IMG/VR virus record: IMGVR_UViG_3300009173_000011
Span: 2,494 to 66,493 of that record
Strand: one strand, 5' to 3'
Origin: a virus
DNA length: 64,000 nt
Below, in pieces: positions 1-9,575 of the stretch. Under the pieces are notes generated by a model. That model was not told where the DNA came from. It was given only the letters and a program-made list of their open reading frames with translations, and searched no databases. The position numbers and the translations under genes are program-made. The stretch's first letter is position 1; the number at the start of each line of letters is the position of its first letter.

Positions 1-2
1 CT

Positions 3-302
3 AATGCAATCGGAGTTGTTATTCCTACCGATGGCTTTATTGCCAATGTTCGAGGAACTAGTACAGTGTGGAATGGATATCGTAATGGGCTTAATGTAGG
101 AGCGAATCCTGCTGCTATGGTCCTCGCACCTGTCTCTGATGCTTTGTATTTAGGAGCAAGGAATAATGGGGGAGCAGCAGATTTATTTAGTGATAGGGAA
201 TTGGCATTTGGGGTTTTAGGGTCTCGCCTTAATGTCACTCAGAATCTTAACTTATATACAGCTATTCAAGCTTACCAAACAACTCTTGGTAGAGCAGTAT
301 GA
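3..302 (+). CDS. C-terminal part of a tail fibre/lectin-like virion protein (truncated by window start)
   Basis: Frame is open from position 3; Gly/Asn-rich beta-type sequence (LYLGARNNGG...YQTTLGRAV) typical of phage fibre/ConA-like C-termini. Confidence 0.45.
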   Translation, partial: NAIGVVIPTDGFIANVRGTSTVWNGYRNGLNVGANPAAMVLAPVSDALYLGARNNGGAADLFSDRELAFGVLGSRLNVTQNLNLYTAIQAYQTTLGRAV

Positions 303-305
303 GAA

Positions 306-452
306 ATGTATTTAGAGAAACTAATACATAAACTAAAGATGGCTCCTTGTTTTGGGCGTGACGATAAAAAAAACGTAGCGATAAATATTAAGATATGCGA
401 GATGCAAATCAAAATACGAGACAAAGATGAGGCTACTAAAAGAAAATCTTAA
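306..452 (+). CDS. small hypothetical protein (48 aa)
   Basis: ATG 3 nt after previous stop; MYLEKLIHKLKMAPCFG...; fills the gap; not in ORF track. Confidence 0.4.
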   Translation: MYLEKLIHKLKMAPCFGRDDKKNVAINIKICEMQIKIRDKDEATKRKS

Positions 453-528
453 AGCTTGTATGCGAGTATTTTTAAATACTTCAAGGCAATACATTAGCAG
501 ATTGGAATCTCTTAACCAAAAAAAAAAA

Positions 529-1137
529 ATGACTAGCAAATACACTTGGATACTAGACCCAGGTCATGGAGGAATGATAGATGGAGAATACCAAACAAAG
601 GGTAAGCGTAGTCCAGACTTCTTGTGGGGTCAATATTTTGAGGGAGTTGGGAACCGAGAGATAGTAAAAAAATTATTAGCGAAATGTAAAGAGGCAGGAA
701 TCTTGGCAATTGATGTCGTAGATACTGAAGAAGATATGCCCTTGAGTGAGCGAGTGGAGAAAGCGAACATTCTTCATCGCCTCCACAAGAATTGCATTTA
801 TGTATCTATACATAGCGATGCCTTTAATAAGGAGTCGGCTAATGGATATTCGGTATACACCTCTCCAGGAGAGACTTTAAGCGATCCCATTGCCGAGATA
901 TTTATAGAGTCTATGACAAATGAGTTTATGGATCACACATTACGCATGGATAAGAGTGATGGAGATAGGGACAAGGAGGCACAATTTTATGTCCTACGAA
1001 ATACTAGCTGTCCGGCAATCTTAATAGAAAACTTTTTTATGACTAATATGCGAGAGTGCCGATTACTTCTTGAAGAGGAGTTTCAAGATAGGATTGTCAA
1101 CTGTCATATGAAAAGCATAAAGCAGATAGAACAATAA
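529..1137 (+). CDS. N-acetylmuramoyl-L-alanine amidase (Amidase_3), endolysin
   Basis: ILDPGHGG, E, VSIHSDA and PAILIENFFMTN zinc-amidase motifs; likely start MTSKY at 529. Confidence 0.92.
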   Translation: MTSKYTWILDPGHGGMIDGEYQTKGKRSPDFLWGQYFEGVGNREIVKKLLAKCKEAGILAIDVVDTEEDMPLSERVEKANILHRLHKNCIYVSIHSDAFNKESANGYSVYTSPGETLSDPIAEIFIESMTNEFMDHTLRMDKSDGDRDKEAQFYVLRNTSCPAILIENFFMTNMRECRLLLEEEFQDRIVNCHMKSIKQIEQ

Positions 1138-1144
1138 TTTTTCA

Positions 1145-1152
1145 TATCTTTG
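1145..1152 (+). promoter_or_regulatory. Bacteroidota-type -7 promoter element (TATCTTTG)
   Basis: Matches TAnnTTTG; intergenic, 8 nt before ATG 1161. Confidence 0.6.
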
Positions 1153-1160
1153 TGTAAAAG

Positions 1161-1253
1161 ATGGATTATTTCGCAGAGGTAAGTGCCTATATGATTTTTA
1201 TTTTCATCTTGTTTGCGTTATGGCACTATTGTGAAAATGAACAAAATAAATAA
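1161..1253 (+). CDS. 30-aa single-TM peptide in lysis cassette
   Basis: MDYFAEVSAYMIFIFILFALWHYCENEQNK; follows a promoter motif and ends 2 nt before the holin-like ORF. Confidence 0.5.
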   Translation: MDYFAEVSAYMIFIFILFALWHYCENEQNK

Positions 1254-1255
1254 TT

Positions 1256-1546
1256 ATGTTTAAAAAACTATTTGTCGAAGCAATACCAAGTGTGGCACAA
1301 GCCATTGCCGGAGTATTAAAAGACCATAAAGGAAAAGTATCTTCCAAGAGAGTATTTAGTGTACTGGGAGGAGGATCATTAATAACTATAGGATTAACGA
1401 TTATCGATACAGGCATTGAATCCCAAAACGATAAAGTCCTATATGTGGGACTGGGGCTAGTGACTCTAGGCGTAATAGCCGGACACATTGCCTCATTTAG
1501 CATTAAAGAAATATCTACAAGTGGAGATCAACCAAAATCACAATAA
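1256..1546 (+). CDS. putative holin (2 TM)
   Basis: Two hydrophobic helices, 'GKVSSKRV' motif before TM1, next to endolysin. Confidence 0.55.
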   Translation: MFKKLFVEAIPSVAQAIAGVLKDHKGKVSSKRVFSVLGGGSLITIGLTIIDTGIESQNDKVLYVGLGLVTLGVIAGHIASFSIKEISTSGDQPKSQ

Positions 1547-2328
1547 TGGCAAAGATAAGTACATATCCCACAATTAGTCCTCCATTAGGAACGGATCTAT
1601 TAATTGGGACCGATGTTGCAAGTGCGAACGCAACTAAAAATTTTCTTATTTCCGATATTATAGGATTAGTACCTACATATGCTCTTACCATTAAGGATGA
1701 GGGAGTTAATGTATCTACTAATTGTACTTCTATCGATATAGTGGGAAATAAAATTACTGCTACGGCAGTAGGAGCAGCGGCTACCATTACGGCATTGGGG
1801 CCAACCATTACCGATGAGGGAGGAGCAGTAACTACAGATTGCGTATCTATAAATTGGACGGGGCCAAATACTAGAGCCACGGCAGTAGGCAACGCAGTAA
1901 CTGTTACCAATGAGGGCTATACTGACTTGAGGCTTACGACTGCTATAAACAAAATACAGATTCTATCAATAGGAAGTGGTGGTCCGGCAATTGAAATAGT
2001 ACCAGCTCCGGGGCCAAATTTGGCTATTGCAGTAACTGGGATATTTATCGAAGTATTTGGTACAGTAATATATGGAGGCACTACTACGGGATTAGATTAT
2101 TTTACGGGAGGAAGCGTACCCATTCTCCAAACCTTACAACTCTTTAATTCTACCGTACCTAAAATGTTTTATAACACCACACATCTTCAACCCGGAGCAG
2201 CATCAACTTCTATTTTAGAAAATACTGCCGTTACCATAGTAGCCGGGAGTGGAGGAACGATCACCGATCCGGGTGGGGCAGATGTAAATTTAAAAATCAC
2301 AGCACTTTATCAAGTAATAGATGTATAA
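1546..2328 (+). CDS. tail fibre-like virion protein
   Basis: MAKISTYP...DLLIGTD N-terminus; two internal ~37-aa repeats (TI.DEG..V.T.C.SI...G....ATAVG.A.T.T). Confidence 0.55.
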   Translation: MAKISTYPTISPPLGTDLLIGTDVASANATKNFLISDIIGLVPTYALTIKDEGVNVSTNCTSIDIVGNKITATAVGAAATITALGPTITDEGGAVTTDCVSINWTGPNTRATAVGNAVTVTNEGYTDLRLTTAINKIQILSIGSGGPAIEIVPAPGPNLAIAVTGIFIEVFGTVIYGGTTTGLDYFTGGSVPILQTLQLFNSTVPKMFYNTTHLQPGAASTSILENTAVTIVAGSGGTITDPGGADVNLKITALYQVIDV

Positions 2329-2353
2329 TTTTTAATAAATCAAATCAAATCAA

Positions 2354-2602
2354 ATGGAAACTCCTACAATGGAAACCGAGGACTTAAAAGAATTAAGGAC
2401 TCTTAACGAAGAATTCGTTAAAACAAGAATGAGATTAAGCGATGTAATAGTTACCCTTTCTCGTCTTGAGAAAGATAAGGTTGCTCTTATTACCGATATC
2501 GAAAATAAAGCCGCTAGTTTAAGTCAGATACAGGCAGGACTTGAAGCTAAGTATGGCAAAAAGAATGTCAACTTAGAGACAGGAGTCTTAACGGAAGTAT
2601 AA
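2354..2602 (+). CDS. coiled-coil protein (fibre chaperone-like)
   Basis: Heptad pattern, C-terminal KYGKKNVNLETG; (AAATC)n leader. Confidence 0.5.
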   Translation: METPTMETEDLKELRTLNEEFVKTRMRLSDVIVTLSRLEKDKVALITDIENKAASLSQIQAGLEAKYGKKNVNLETGVLTEV

Positions 2603-2829
2603 TGTATATACGTAAAGTTGCCATTGGGCCAGACTATAAGTCTGGGGCGATGCATTATGTTCACGGCAATACTATTCAAAAAGGATCTTCTTATGTTATC
2701 CATGCCATTCAACGCCTCGACAATGGTAATATAAAAATATGGATAAGCAAAGGTAAAGAAGTGGTATTGTGGAAAGAGTTCAATGCCAATATGCCCTATT
2801 CTATAGAATATAATATATCTTTTACCTAA
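2602..2829 (+). CDS. conserved phage hypothetical protein
   Basis: Stop/start coupled to neighbours; IRKVAIGPDYKSGAMHY motif. Confidence 0.6.
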   Translation: MYIRKVAIGPDYKSGAMHYVHGNTIQKGSSYVIHAIQRLDNGNIKIWISKGKEVVLWKEFNANMPYSIEYNISFT

Positions 2830-3395
2830 TGCAGTCTCCTTATAATTTTATTATAAAACCTAAAGGAGGAAGAAGATATAATAATATTAACGAAGATGGC
2901 TTAGTGATAAGCACCTCCCAGGAAGACCATACGGTTACTAATCGCTATGGAATAGTGGAGGCTATCCCTATGGGATACCAAGGAGGCATAAAACGAGGAG
3001 ACATTCTGTTGGTTCATCATAATGTATTTAGAAAATATTATGATATGAAAGGACGAGAACGCTCTGGCCCCTCCTATGTTAAGGATGATATATATGTAGT
3101 ATACTGGGATCAGTTCTTTTTATATAAAAGTGATGGTCAATGGAAAGCCCACAACCCGTATTGTTTCATTCGCCCTTTACCCAATACCGCTTTAAATTAC
3201 GCTAATTTTAATGTTGAAGAGCCAAAGGAATTATTTCTTATTGGAGAAATTGCGTATATTAATGACCAGTTAATTTCTCTGGGATTGAAAGTGGGAGATA
3301 AAATATCCTTTGCCCCAGAAAGCGAGTACGCTTTTGAAATTGAGGGAGAGAAATTGTATCGAATGTTTACAAGAAATATATGCCTAAAGTTATAG
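2829..3395 (+). CDS. GroES-like (double-domain) co-chaperonin-fold protein
   Basis: Two GroES-like halves: FIIKP...G.V.A.P....IKRGDILL and FIRP...GEI.....LKVGDKISF..ESEY.FEIEGEKLY. Confidence 0.55.
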   Translation: MQSPYNFIIKPKGGRRYNNINEDGLVISTSQEDHTVTNRYGIVEAIPMGYQGGIKRGDILLVHHNVFRKYYDMKGRERSGPSYVKDDIYVVYWDQFFLYKSDGQWKAHNPYCFIRPLPNTALNYANFNVEEPKELFLIGEIAYINDQLISLGLKVGDKISFAPESEYAFEIEGEKLYRMFTRNICLKL

Positions 3396-3670
3396 ATATA
3401 AACGACTTAAAGATTAAAATTATTGAAGCCGGAGAATTAGCTGTCCGGCAATTGATAAAAGTTGCTCGTGAAGAAATAATAAAGCCAGATCCCGAAGATG
3501 AACTGGCAGCTGACAGATTGAAGAATGCCGCTGCCACGAAGAAACTGGCAGTATTCGATGCCTTTGAGATTCTTCAGCGTATCCAAGATGAGAGAGCGAT
3601 ATTAGAGGGAGATCCCTCTGCATACGAAAAAACCCTTGCTCAAGGATTTGCTGAACGAAGATCACAATAA
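3380..3670 (+). CDS. putative terminase small subunit
   Basis: Helical 96-aa protein immediately upstream of and coupled to TerL. Confidence 0.45.
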   Translation: MPKVIDINDLKIKIIEAGELAVRQLIKVAREEIIKPDPEDELAADRLKNAAATKKLAVFDAFEILQRIQDERAILEGDPSAYEKTLAQGFAERRSQ

Positions 3671-5904
3671 TGGATAAAGGGCTATATACTATAATACCAA
3701 CTCTTACTTCTGCTTTCCCCATCCCTAACACGGTTGTTAAAAACAAAAATCGTTTAAAGGCATGGAAGTATGGATATAATGAGAAATATGATATTGTCAT
3801 TATCTCCAGAGATGGAACCTTGGGAGATATCTACGAGATAAATGGCTTTAGGATAGGACTACCGATGCCCCCAAAATCTTTACCTAAAGGTGAGGGTCGA
3901 TGGGTACGCAAAGAATATCCCAAAGATTTATCCCGGATTCGGACTATATTTGACTGGAACAAAAGGGATAATATCTTTAAAAGCAAATGGATAGATTATA
4001 TCGAAAGAGAATATGAGAAAAGGGAAAAAGGATACTGGCTATATAATAATAAGGAGCCTACCTTTATTAGTGGCACTCACTATATGTATCTCCAATGGAC
4101 AAAGATAGATGTAGGTCATCCGGAGTTCCGTGAGGCAAACAGAATATTTTATCTCTTTTGGGAGGGATGTGTAGCTGATTTTAGATGTTATGGGATGTGT
4201 TATCTCAAAAACAGACGGTCGGGATTTTCTTTTATGAGTTCTGCAGCTGGAGTACATACTGCTACCATTACTCGTGATGCGAGAATAGGCATTCTTTCAA
4301 AAACGGGAGCCGATGCCAAAAAGATGTTTACAGATAAGGTGGTTCCAATATCTAATCATTACCCATTCTTTTTTAAACCCATCCAGGATGGGATGGATAA
4401 ACCGAAAACAGAACTAGCCTTTCGTGTGCCTGCCTCCAAGATTACTCGAAAGAATATGTTTGAAACGGAAGATATGGCAATTGATGGTCTGGATACCGTT
4501 ATCGATTGGAAAAATACTTCTGATAATAGCTATGATGGAGAGAAACTATTGAGGCTCATCCATGATGAGTCGGGGAAATGGGATCGACCAGAGAACATAT
4601 TAAATAACTGGAGGGTAACAAAAACGTGTTTAAGATTAGGCAGTAGGATAGTAGGTAAATGTTTGATGGGATCAACCTCTAATGCCTTGGATAAAGGAGG
4701 GGAGAATTTCAAAAAACTATTCGAGGACTCTAGTCCCGATACAAGGAATGCCAATGGACAGACAAAGTCTGGACTCTATTCCTTATTTATTCCTATGGAG
4801 TGGAACTTCGAGGGCTTTATGGATAGGTACGGATGGCCCGTACTGACTACCCCAGAAGAGAAAGTCGAATCTATAGATGGGGGATTCATTTCTCAAGGAG
4901 TAGTAGATTACTGGAATAATGAAGTTGACTCTTTGAAACATGATGCCGATGCTTTAAATGAGTTTTATCGGCAGTTCCCACGTACCCAGGCTCATGCCTT
5001 TAGAGACGAAAGCAAGAATTCTTTATTTAATCTAACGAAGTTATATCAACAGATAGATTATAATGGCGATTTAATTCCCGCTCACGTTCTCACACGAGGG
5101 ACATTCCATTGGAAAAATGGAGAAAAAGATAGTGAAGTAATATGGAGTCCTGATAGAAGAGGAAGATTTTTGGTGTCATGGATACCCCCTCTTCATCTTC
5201 GCAACAATGTATTAGAAAAAAGGAATGGCAAATATGCAGGCAATGATCATTTAGGAGTGTTTGGATGTGACCCCTATGACATTTCTGGCGTGGTAGTAGG
5301 GGGAGGATCAAAAGGTTCTCTTCACGGACTGACCACATTTCATATGGATGATGCTCCTACCAATCACTTTTTTTTAGAATATATCGCCCGTCCCCAAACG
5401 GCAGAGATATTCTTTGAGGAAGTTTTAATGGCGTGTGTCTTTTATGGGATGCCAATTTTAATAGAGAACAATAAACCTCGCCTCCTTTATCACTTTAAAA
5501 ATAGGGGATATAGGGGATTTTCAATGAACCGACCGGACAAGCCTAATGCCAAGCTATCCAAAACGGAGAGAGAACTGGGAGGAATACCCAATACTTCTGA
5601 AGATATAAAGCAATGCCATGCCGCAGCAATAGAATCCTATATAGAAAAATATGTGGGGTATGATAGCGAGGGGACATATAGAGAGAGTGATGAGATGGGA
5701 GATATGTTTTTTACTCGTACATTAATGGACTGGGCGAGATTTGATATTACTAGGAGAACGAAGTATGATGCCGCCATCAGCTCCGGACTCGCCATAATGG
5801 CAAATCAAAGACATATTTATAGCCCCATTAAGAAAGAATCAAAAATAAGCGTTAAATTTGCAAGATACACCAATAAAGGATCAATAAGCCAAATTATAAA
5901 ATAA
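3670..5904 (+). CDS. terL: terminase large subunit
   Basis: Walker A-like LKNRRSGFS, Walker B LIHDESGK, motif III GSTSN, nuclease GCDPYD and YDAAIS. Confidence 0.9.
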   Translation: MDKGLYTIIPTLTSAFPIPNTVVKNKNRLKAWKYGYNEKYDIVIISRDGTLGDIYEINGFRIGLPMPPKSLPKGEGRWVRKEYPKDLSRIRTIFDWNKRDNIFKSKWIDYIEREYEKREKGYWLYNNKEPTFISGTHYMYLQWTKIDVGHPEFREANRIFYLFWEGCVADFRCYGMCYLKNRRSGFSFMSSAAGVHTATITRDARIGILSKTGADAKKMFTDKVVPISNHYPFFFKPIQDGMDKPKTELAFRVPASKITRKNMFETEDMAIDGLDTVIDWKNTSDNSYDGEKLLRLIHDESGKWDRPENILNNWRVTKTCLRLGSRIVGKCLMGSTSNALDKGGENFKKLFEDSSPDTRNANGQTKSGLYSLFIPMEWNFEGFMDRYGWPVLTTPEEKVESIDGGFISQGVVDYWNNEVDSLKHDADALNEFYRQFPRTQAHAFRDESKNSLFNLTKLYQQIDYNGDLIPAHVLTRGTFHWKNGEKDSEVIWSPDRRGRFLVSWIPPLHLRNNVLEKRNGKYAGNDHLGVFGCDPYDISGVVVGGGSKGSLHGLTTFHMDDAPTNHFFLEYIARPQTAEIFFEEVLMACVFYGMPILIENNKPRLLYHFKNRGYRGFSMNRPDKPNAKLSKTERELGGIPNTSEDIKQCHAAAIESYIEKYVGYDSEGTYRESDEMGDMFFTRTLMDWARFDITRRTKYDAAISSGLAIMANQRHIYSPIKKESKISVKFARYTNKGSISQIIK

Positions 5905-8333
5905 TGAAATATTCACCAATTATTATTAGCCCCTTATCCTTTCCTGGACAACTAGCCTCTGATAGTGAAAAAGCCTCACCCGACTTTGGGTTACGCATAG
6001 GACAAGCTATACAGTTTGAATGGTTCCGGAGAGATGGCAACACCTGTCAATTTTATAATCAATGGCTCGAATTCCATAGACGGAAACTTTATGCTAGAGG
6101 GGAGCAGTCGGTTGCTAAATATAAAACGGAATTTGCCGTTGATGGCGATATGTCCTACTTGAATTTAGACTGGACACCTGTCCCCATCATTCCCAAATAT
6201 GTAGACATTGTAGTTAATGGCATGAATGATAGACTCTTTACCGTCAAAGCCGAGGCAGTAGATGCTATGGCATCGGAGCGAAAGTCGGCATATCAGAATA
6301 TGATTGAGGGAGATATGATAGCTAAAGACTTTTTATTGCAAACAGAAAAAGATTTTGGGGTCAATGCCTTTAATGTCCAAGCCGATAAGTTGCCCGAATC
6401 GGATCAAGAACTGGCTCTTTATATGCAAATGAATTACAAACCGGGAATAGAAATAGCCGAAGAGGAGGGTATACAAACCCTTTTAAAGGAGAATCATTAT
6501 GATGATATTAGGCGTAGAGTAGATTATGACCTCATGGTGTTGGGAGTGGGAATGCTTAAACATTCATTTTTGCCTAATAGTGGAGTACAAATAGATTATG
6601 TAGATCCGGCAAATGTAGTATATAGCTATACCGAGTCTCCAACTTTTGAAGATTGCTTTTATTTTGGTGAGGTAAAACGTATCCCCGTTTCAGAACTTAT
6701 CAAGATAAATCCAGAAATAACTGATGATGAGTTAAAAGATATAGTACAACTAGGGTCTGCGTGGTTCGATTATTATGGGATATTACGCCCCTATAGAGAC
6801 AGTATGTTTGAAAAAGATGTGGTTACCCTACTCTATTATAATTATAAGACCACAAAACATATGGTCTATAAGAAAAAATTTCTAGAGAATGGGGGTGAAA
6901 GAACATTGCGTAAAGATGAAAACTTCAATCCCGAAACTGATGATCAAGATAGATTTATAAAGCAAGAGCGTAGAATTGATGTCTGGTACGAGGGCATAAT
7001 GGTATTAGGTAGTAATTATCTTTTAAAATGGGAGTTAGCAAAAAACATGGTCCGTCCACAATCGGCATCGCAGTTTGCATTGCCCAATTATGTGGCTGTG
7101 GCCCCCAGAACATATAAAGGAGTCATTGAATCACTAGTGAGGAGGATGATACCTTTTGCCGACCTAATTCAAATGACCCACCTCAAATTGCAACAGGTAT
7201 TGCAAAGAGTGGTTCCCGATGGAGTATTCATTGATGCCGATGGCTTAAATGAAGTAGACCTTGGGACTGGGGCAGCCTATACTCCGGAAGATGCTTTGAG
7301 ATTGTATTTCCAAACTGGTAGTGTGATAGGAAGAAGTTTTACCCAGGATGGGGAATATAACCACGCTAAAATTCCCATACAAGAACTTAATGCTAATAGC
7401 GGTCAAGCAAAAATCAAGAGTCTAGTAGAGAGTTATAATCACTATCTTAATATGATAAGAGATGTAACGGGACTTAATGAAGCTCGAGATGCATCTACTC
7501 CTGATCCTAACTCATTAGTAGGTCTTCAGAAATTAGCGGCACTTAATTCTAATACGGCTACTAGACATATTCTGGAGGGTAGCTTATTTATTACGAAGAG
7601 ATTAGCCGAAGCTTTATCCATTAGAATGGCAGACATATTAGAGTACTCCGACTTTAGGGAGGAATTCGCCAATCAAATAGGAAAGTATAATATTAATCTT
7701 CTCGAAGATGTAAATAAATTATACTTACATGACTTCGGAATATTTATTGAAGTAAGTCCGGATGAGGAGGAGAAAGCCCAATTAGAATCCAATATTCAAA
7801 TGGCACTCCAGAAAGATAGCATTAATCTCGAAGATGCCATTGATATTAGGTTACTTTCAAATTTGAAGTTAGCCAATGAATTGCTTAAAGTAAAAAGAAA
7901 AGAAAAACAAAAACAAGACCAAGAGGCTGAAGAAAAGAAAATGCAGATGCAGTCACAAATAAATATGCAGTCACAACAGGCAGCGGCCCAAACGGAGATG
8001 CAAAAAATAGAAATGCACACCCAGTCGAAGATAAAGATTGAACAAGCCGAGGCGGCATTCGAAATAGAAAAGCTTACCGCAGAGAAGAACCTCAAGCAGG
8101 AACTTATGCAAACAGAATTTAAGATGCAGATGCAGTTGAAAAGACAAGAGGGAGACAATTTGCAGAATCGAGAAACGGAAAGGGAGAAAGCTAAAGATCA
8201 GCGGGTATCTCAACAAAATACCCAGCAATCACATCTAATTGACCAACGCCAACAACGGGGGCCGACTATGGATTTTGAGTCAAATGAAGACACACTAGAT
8301 GGCTTTGATATGGCTCAATTTGACCCAGGTTAG
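5904..8333 (+). CDS. portal protein
   Basis: 809 aa after TerL; LNLDWTPVPIIPKYVDIVVNG; long Gln-rich C-terminal coiled coil (podovirus barrel). Confidence 0.85.
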   Translation: MKYSPIIISPLSFPGQLASDSEKASPDFGLRIGQAIQFEWFRRDGNTCQFYNQWLEFHRRKLYARGEQSVAKYKTEFAVDGDMSYLNLDWTPVPIIPKYVDIVVNGMNDRLFTVKAEAVDAMASERKSAYQNMIEGDMIAKDFLLQTEKDFGVNAFNVQADKLPESDQELALYMQMNYKPGIEIAEEEGIQTLLKENHYDDIRRRVDYDLMVLGVGMLKHSFLPNSGVQIDYVDPANVVYSYTESPTFEDCFYFGEVKRIPVSELIKINPEITDDELKDIVQLGSAWFDYYGILRPYRDSMFEKDVVTLLYYNYKTTKHMVYKKKFLENGGERTLRKDENFNPETDDQDRFIKQERRIDVWYEGIMVLGSNYLLKWELAKNMVRPQSASQFALPNYVAVAPRTYKGVIESLVRRMIPFADLIQMTHLKLQQVLQRVVPDGVFIDADGLNEVDLGTGAAYTPEDALRLYFQTGSVIGRSFTQDGEYNHAKIPIQELNANSGQAKIKSLVESYNHYLNMIRDVTGLNEARDASTPDPNSLVGLQKLAALNSNTATRHILEGSLFITKRLAEALSIRMADILEYSDFREEFANQIGKYNINLLEDVNKLYLHDFGIFIEVSPDEEEKAQLESNIQMALQKDSINLEDAIDIRLLSNLKLANELLKVKRKEKQKQDQEAEEKKMQMQSQINMQSQQAAAQTEMQKIEMHTQSKIKIEQAEAAFEIEKLTAEKNLKQELMQTEFKMQMQLKRQEGDNLQNRETEREKAKDQRVSQQNTQQSHLIDQRQQRGPTMDFESNEDTLDGFDMAQFDPG

Positions 8334-8354
8334 GAAAAAGTAAAAAAAATTTAC

Positions 8355-8362
8355 TAACTTTG
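8355..8362 (+). promoter_or_regulatory. -7 promoter element (TAACTTTG) for scaffold/capsid operon
   Basis: TAnnTTTG in intergenic gap. Confidence 0.6.
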
Positions 8363-8402
8363 TTAGGTGGATACTAAATACTAAAATTAAATCTAATCTA
8401 AT

Positions 8403-9548
8403 ATGGCAGAGTTTCAAGTTAAGTCTCTTGACGATACCGACACAAAGTCAGCACAAGAAATTGAGGCTAATCTTTTAAAGGAAAAAGATGAGTCTCTCCC
8501 GGCTACCGAAACCACGAACGTGGAAAAGACGGAGCCAATTTCTAAAGACCAAAATGTCACTACTGAACCAACCACAGATGAAGCACCCCTTAAAAAAGAG
8601 GAACTTGATCTTAATGAAAATAGCGTTCTTTCATATATTAATGATAAATACGATAGAGAAGTTAACTCTATTGATGAACTCTTAAATACTGAAGATAAGG
8701 ATGCCGACCTCCCAGAGGATGTCGCAGCTTTTATGAAGTATAGAAAAGAAACGGGACGAGGGATAAATGATTATGCTCAGTTGAGTGTTAATTATGATGA
8801 CTTTGACCCGGACAATCTTTTAGCCGAGTACTGGAAACAAACTAAACCTCATCTTGATGAAGAGGATATTAAGTTTGAGATGGATTCAAATTATGGATAT
8901 GATCCAGATTATGATGACGAGAGAGAGGGTAAAAAACGTACGATAGCTAAAAAACAGGAACTTTCTAAAGCGAAAGAGTATTTCGAGAATCTGAAAAAAG
9001 AATACCTAGTACCAGTAGAGTCTGCCGGGGCAGGTCTTTCGGAAGATGATCAGAAAAGCTATGATGCTTTTAAAAAGTCAGCCAAAGAGTCCAAATCTCA
9101 ACAAGAACATACTCAAAAGAGGCAAGAGTATTTCGCAACAAAAACAAATGAATTGTTTTCTGAAGACTTCAAAGGTTTTGAGTTTTCCATAGGAGATGAT
9201 AAAAATGTTGTTTATAAACCTGGTAACGGGGAACAAATGCGAAATTCACAAGCTAATTTAGAGAAGTTTGTTAACAAGCACATCAATAAAGATGGATTTG
9301 TAAATGATGTTGGGGAATATCATCGCTCATTAGCGGTAGCTTTAAATCCAGAGGGATTTGCAAAGTTCTTTTATGAGCAGGGCAAAGCAGATACTATAGA
9401 CAATGTAACTAAAGAAACAAAGAACATTGATATGGGATCAGTTCGATCTGCTCCAGAGAGTGTAAATACTGGAGGCTTTAAGGTAACCAATATGAGTAAT
9501 GAGAAATTGGGTTCCAGGCTAATAATACGATCAAATAAAAATAATTAA
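8403..9548 (+). CDS. capsid scaffolding protein
   Basis: Very acidic and helical; between portal and MCP; FAKFFYEQGKAD motif. Confidence 0.7.
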   Translation: MAEFQVKSLDDTDTKSAQEIEANLLKEKDESLPATETTNVEKTEPISKDQNVTTEPTTDEAPLKKEELDLNENSVLSYINDKYDREVNSIDELLNTEDKDADLPEDVAAFMKYRKETGRGINDYAQLSVNYDDFDPDNLLAEYWKQTKPHLDEEDIKFEMDSNYGYDPDYDDEREGKKRTIAKKQELSKAKEYFENLKKEYLVPVESAGAGLSEDDQKSYDAFKKSAKESKSQQEHTQKRQEYFATKTNELFSEDFKGFEFSIGDDKNVVYKPGNGEQMRNSQANLEKFVNKHINKDGFVNDVGEYHRSLAVALNPEGFAKFFYEQGKADTIDNVTKETKNIDMGSVRSAPESVNTGGFKVTNMSNEKLGSRLIIRSNKNN

Positions 9549-9575
9549 AAATTGAAAACAAAAAATTAAAATATT

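Noticed and set aside
427-528. 34-aa N-terminal extension of the amidase
   Set aside because: It is joined through an A12 run. One A fewer would give a separate small ORF ending in an ATGA overlap, so it is probably a separate ORF or homopolymer artefact.
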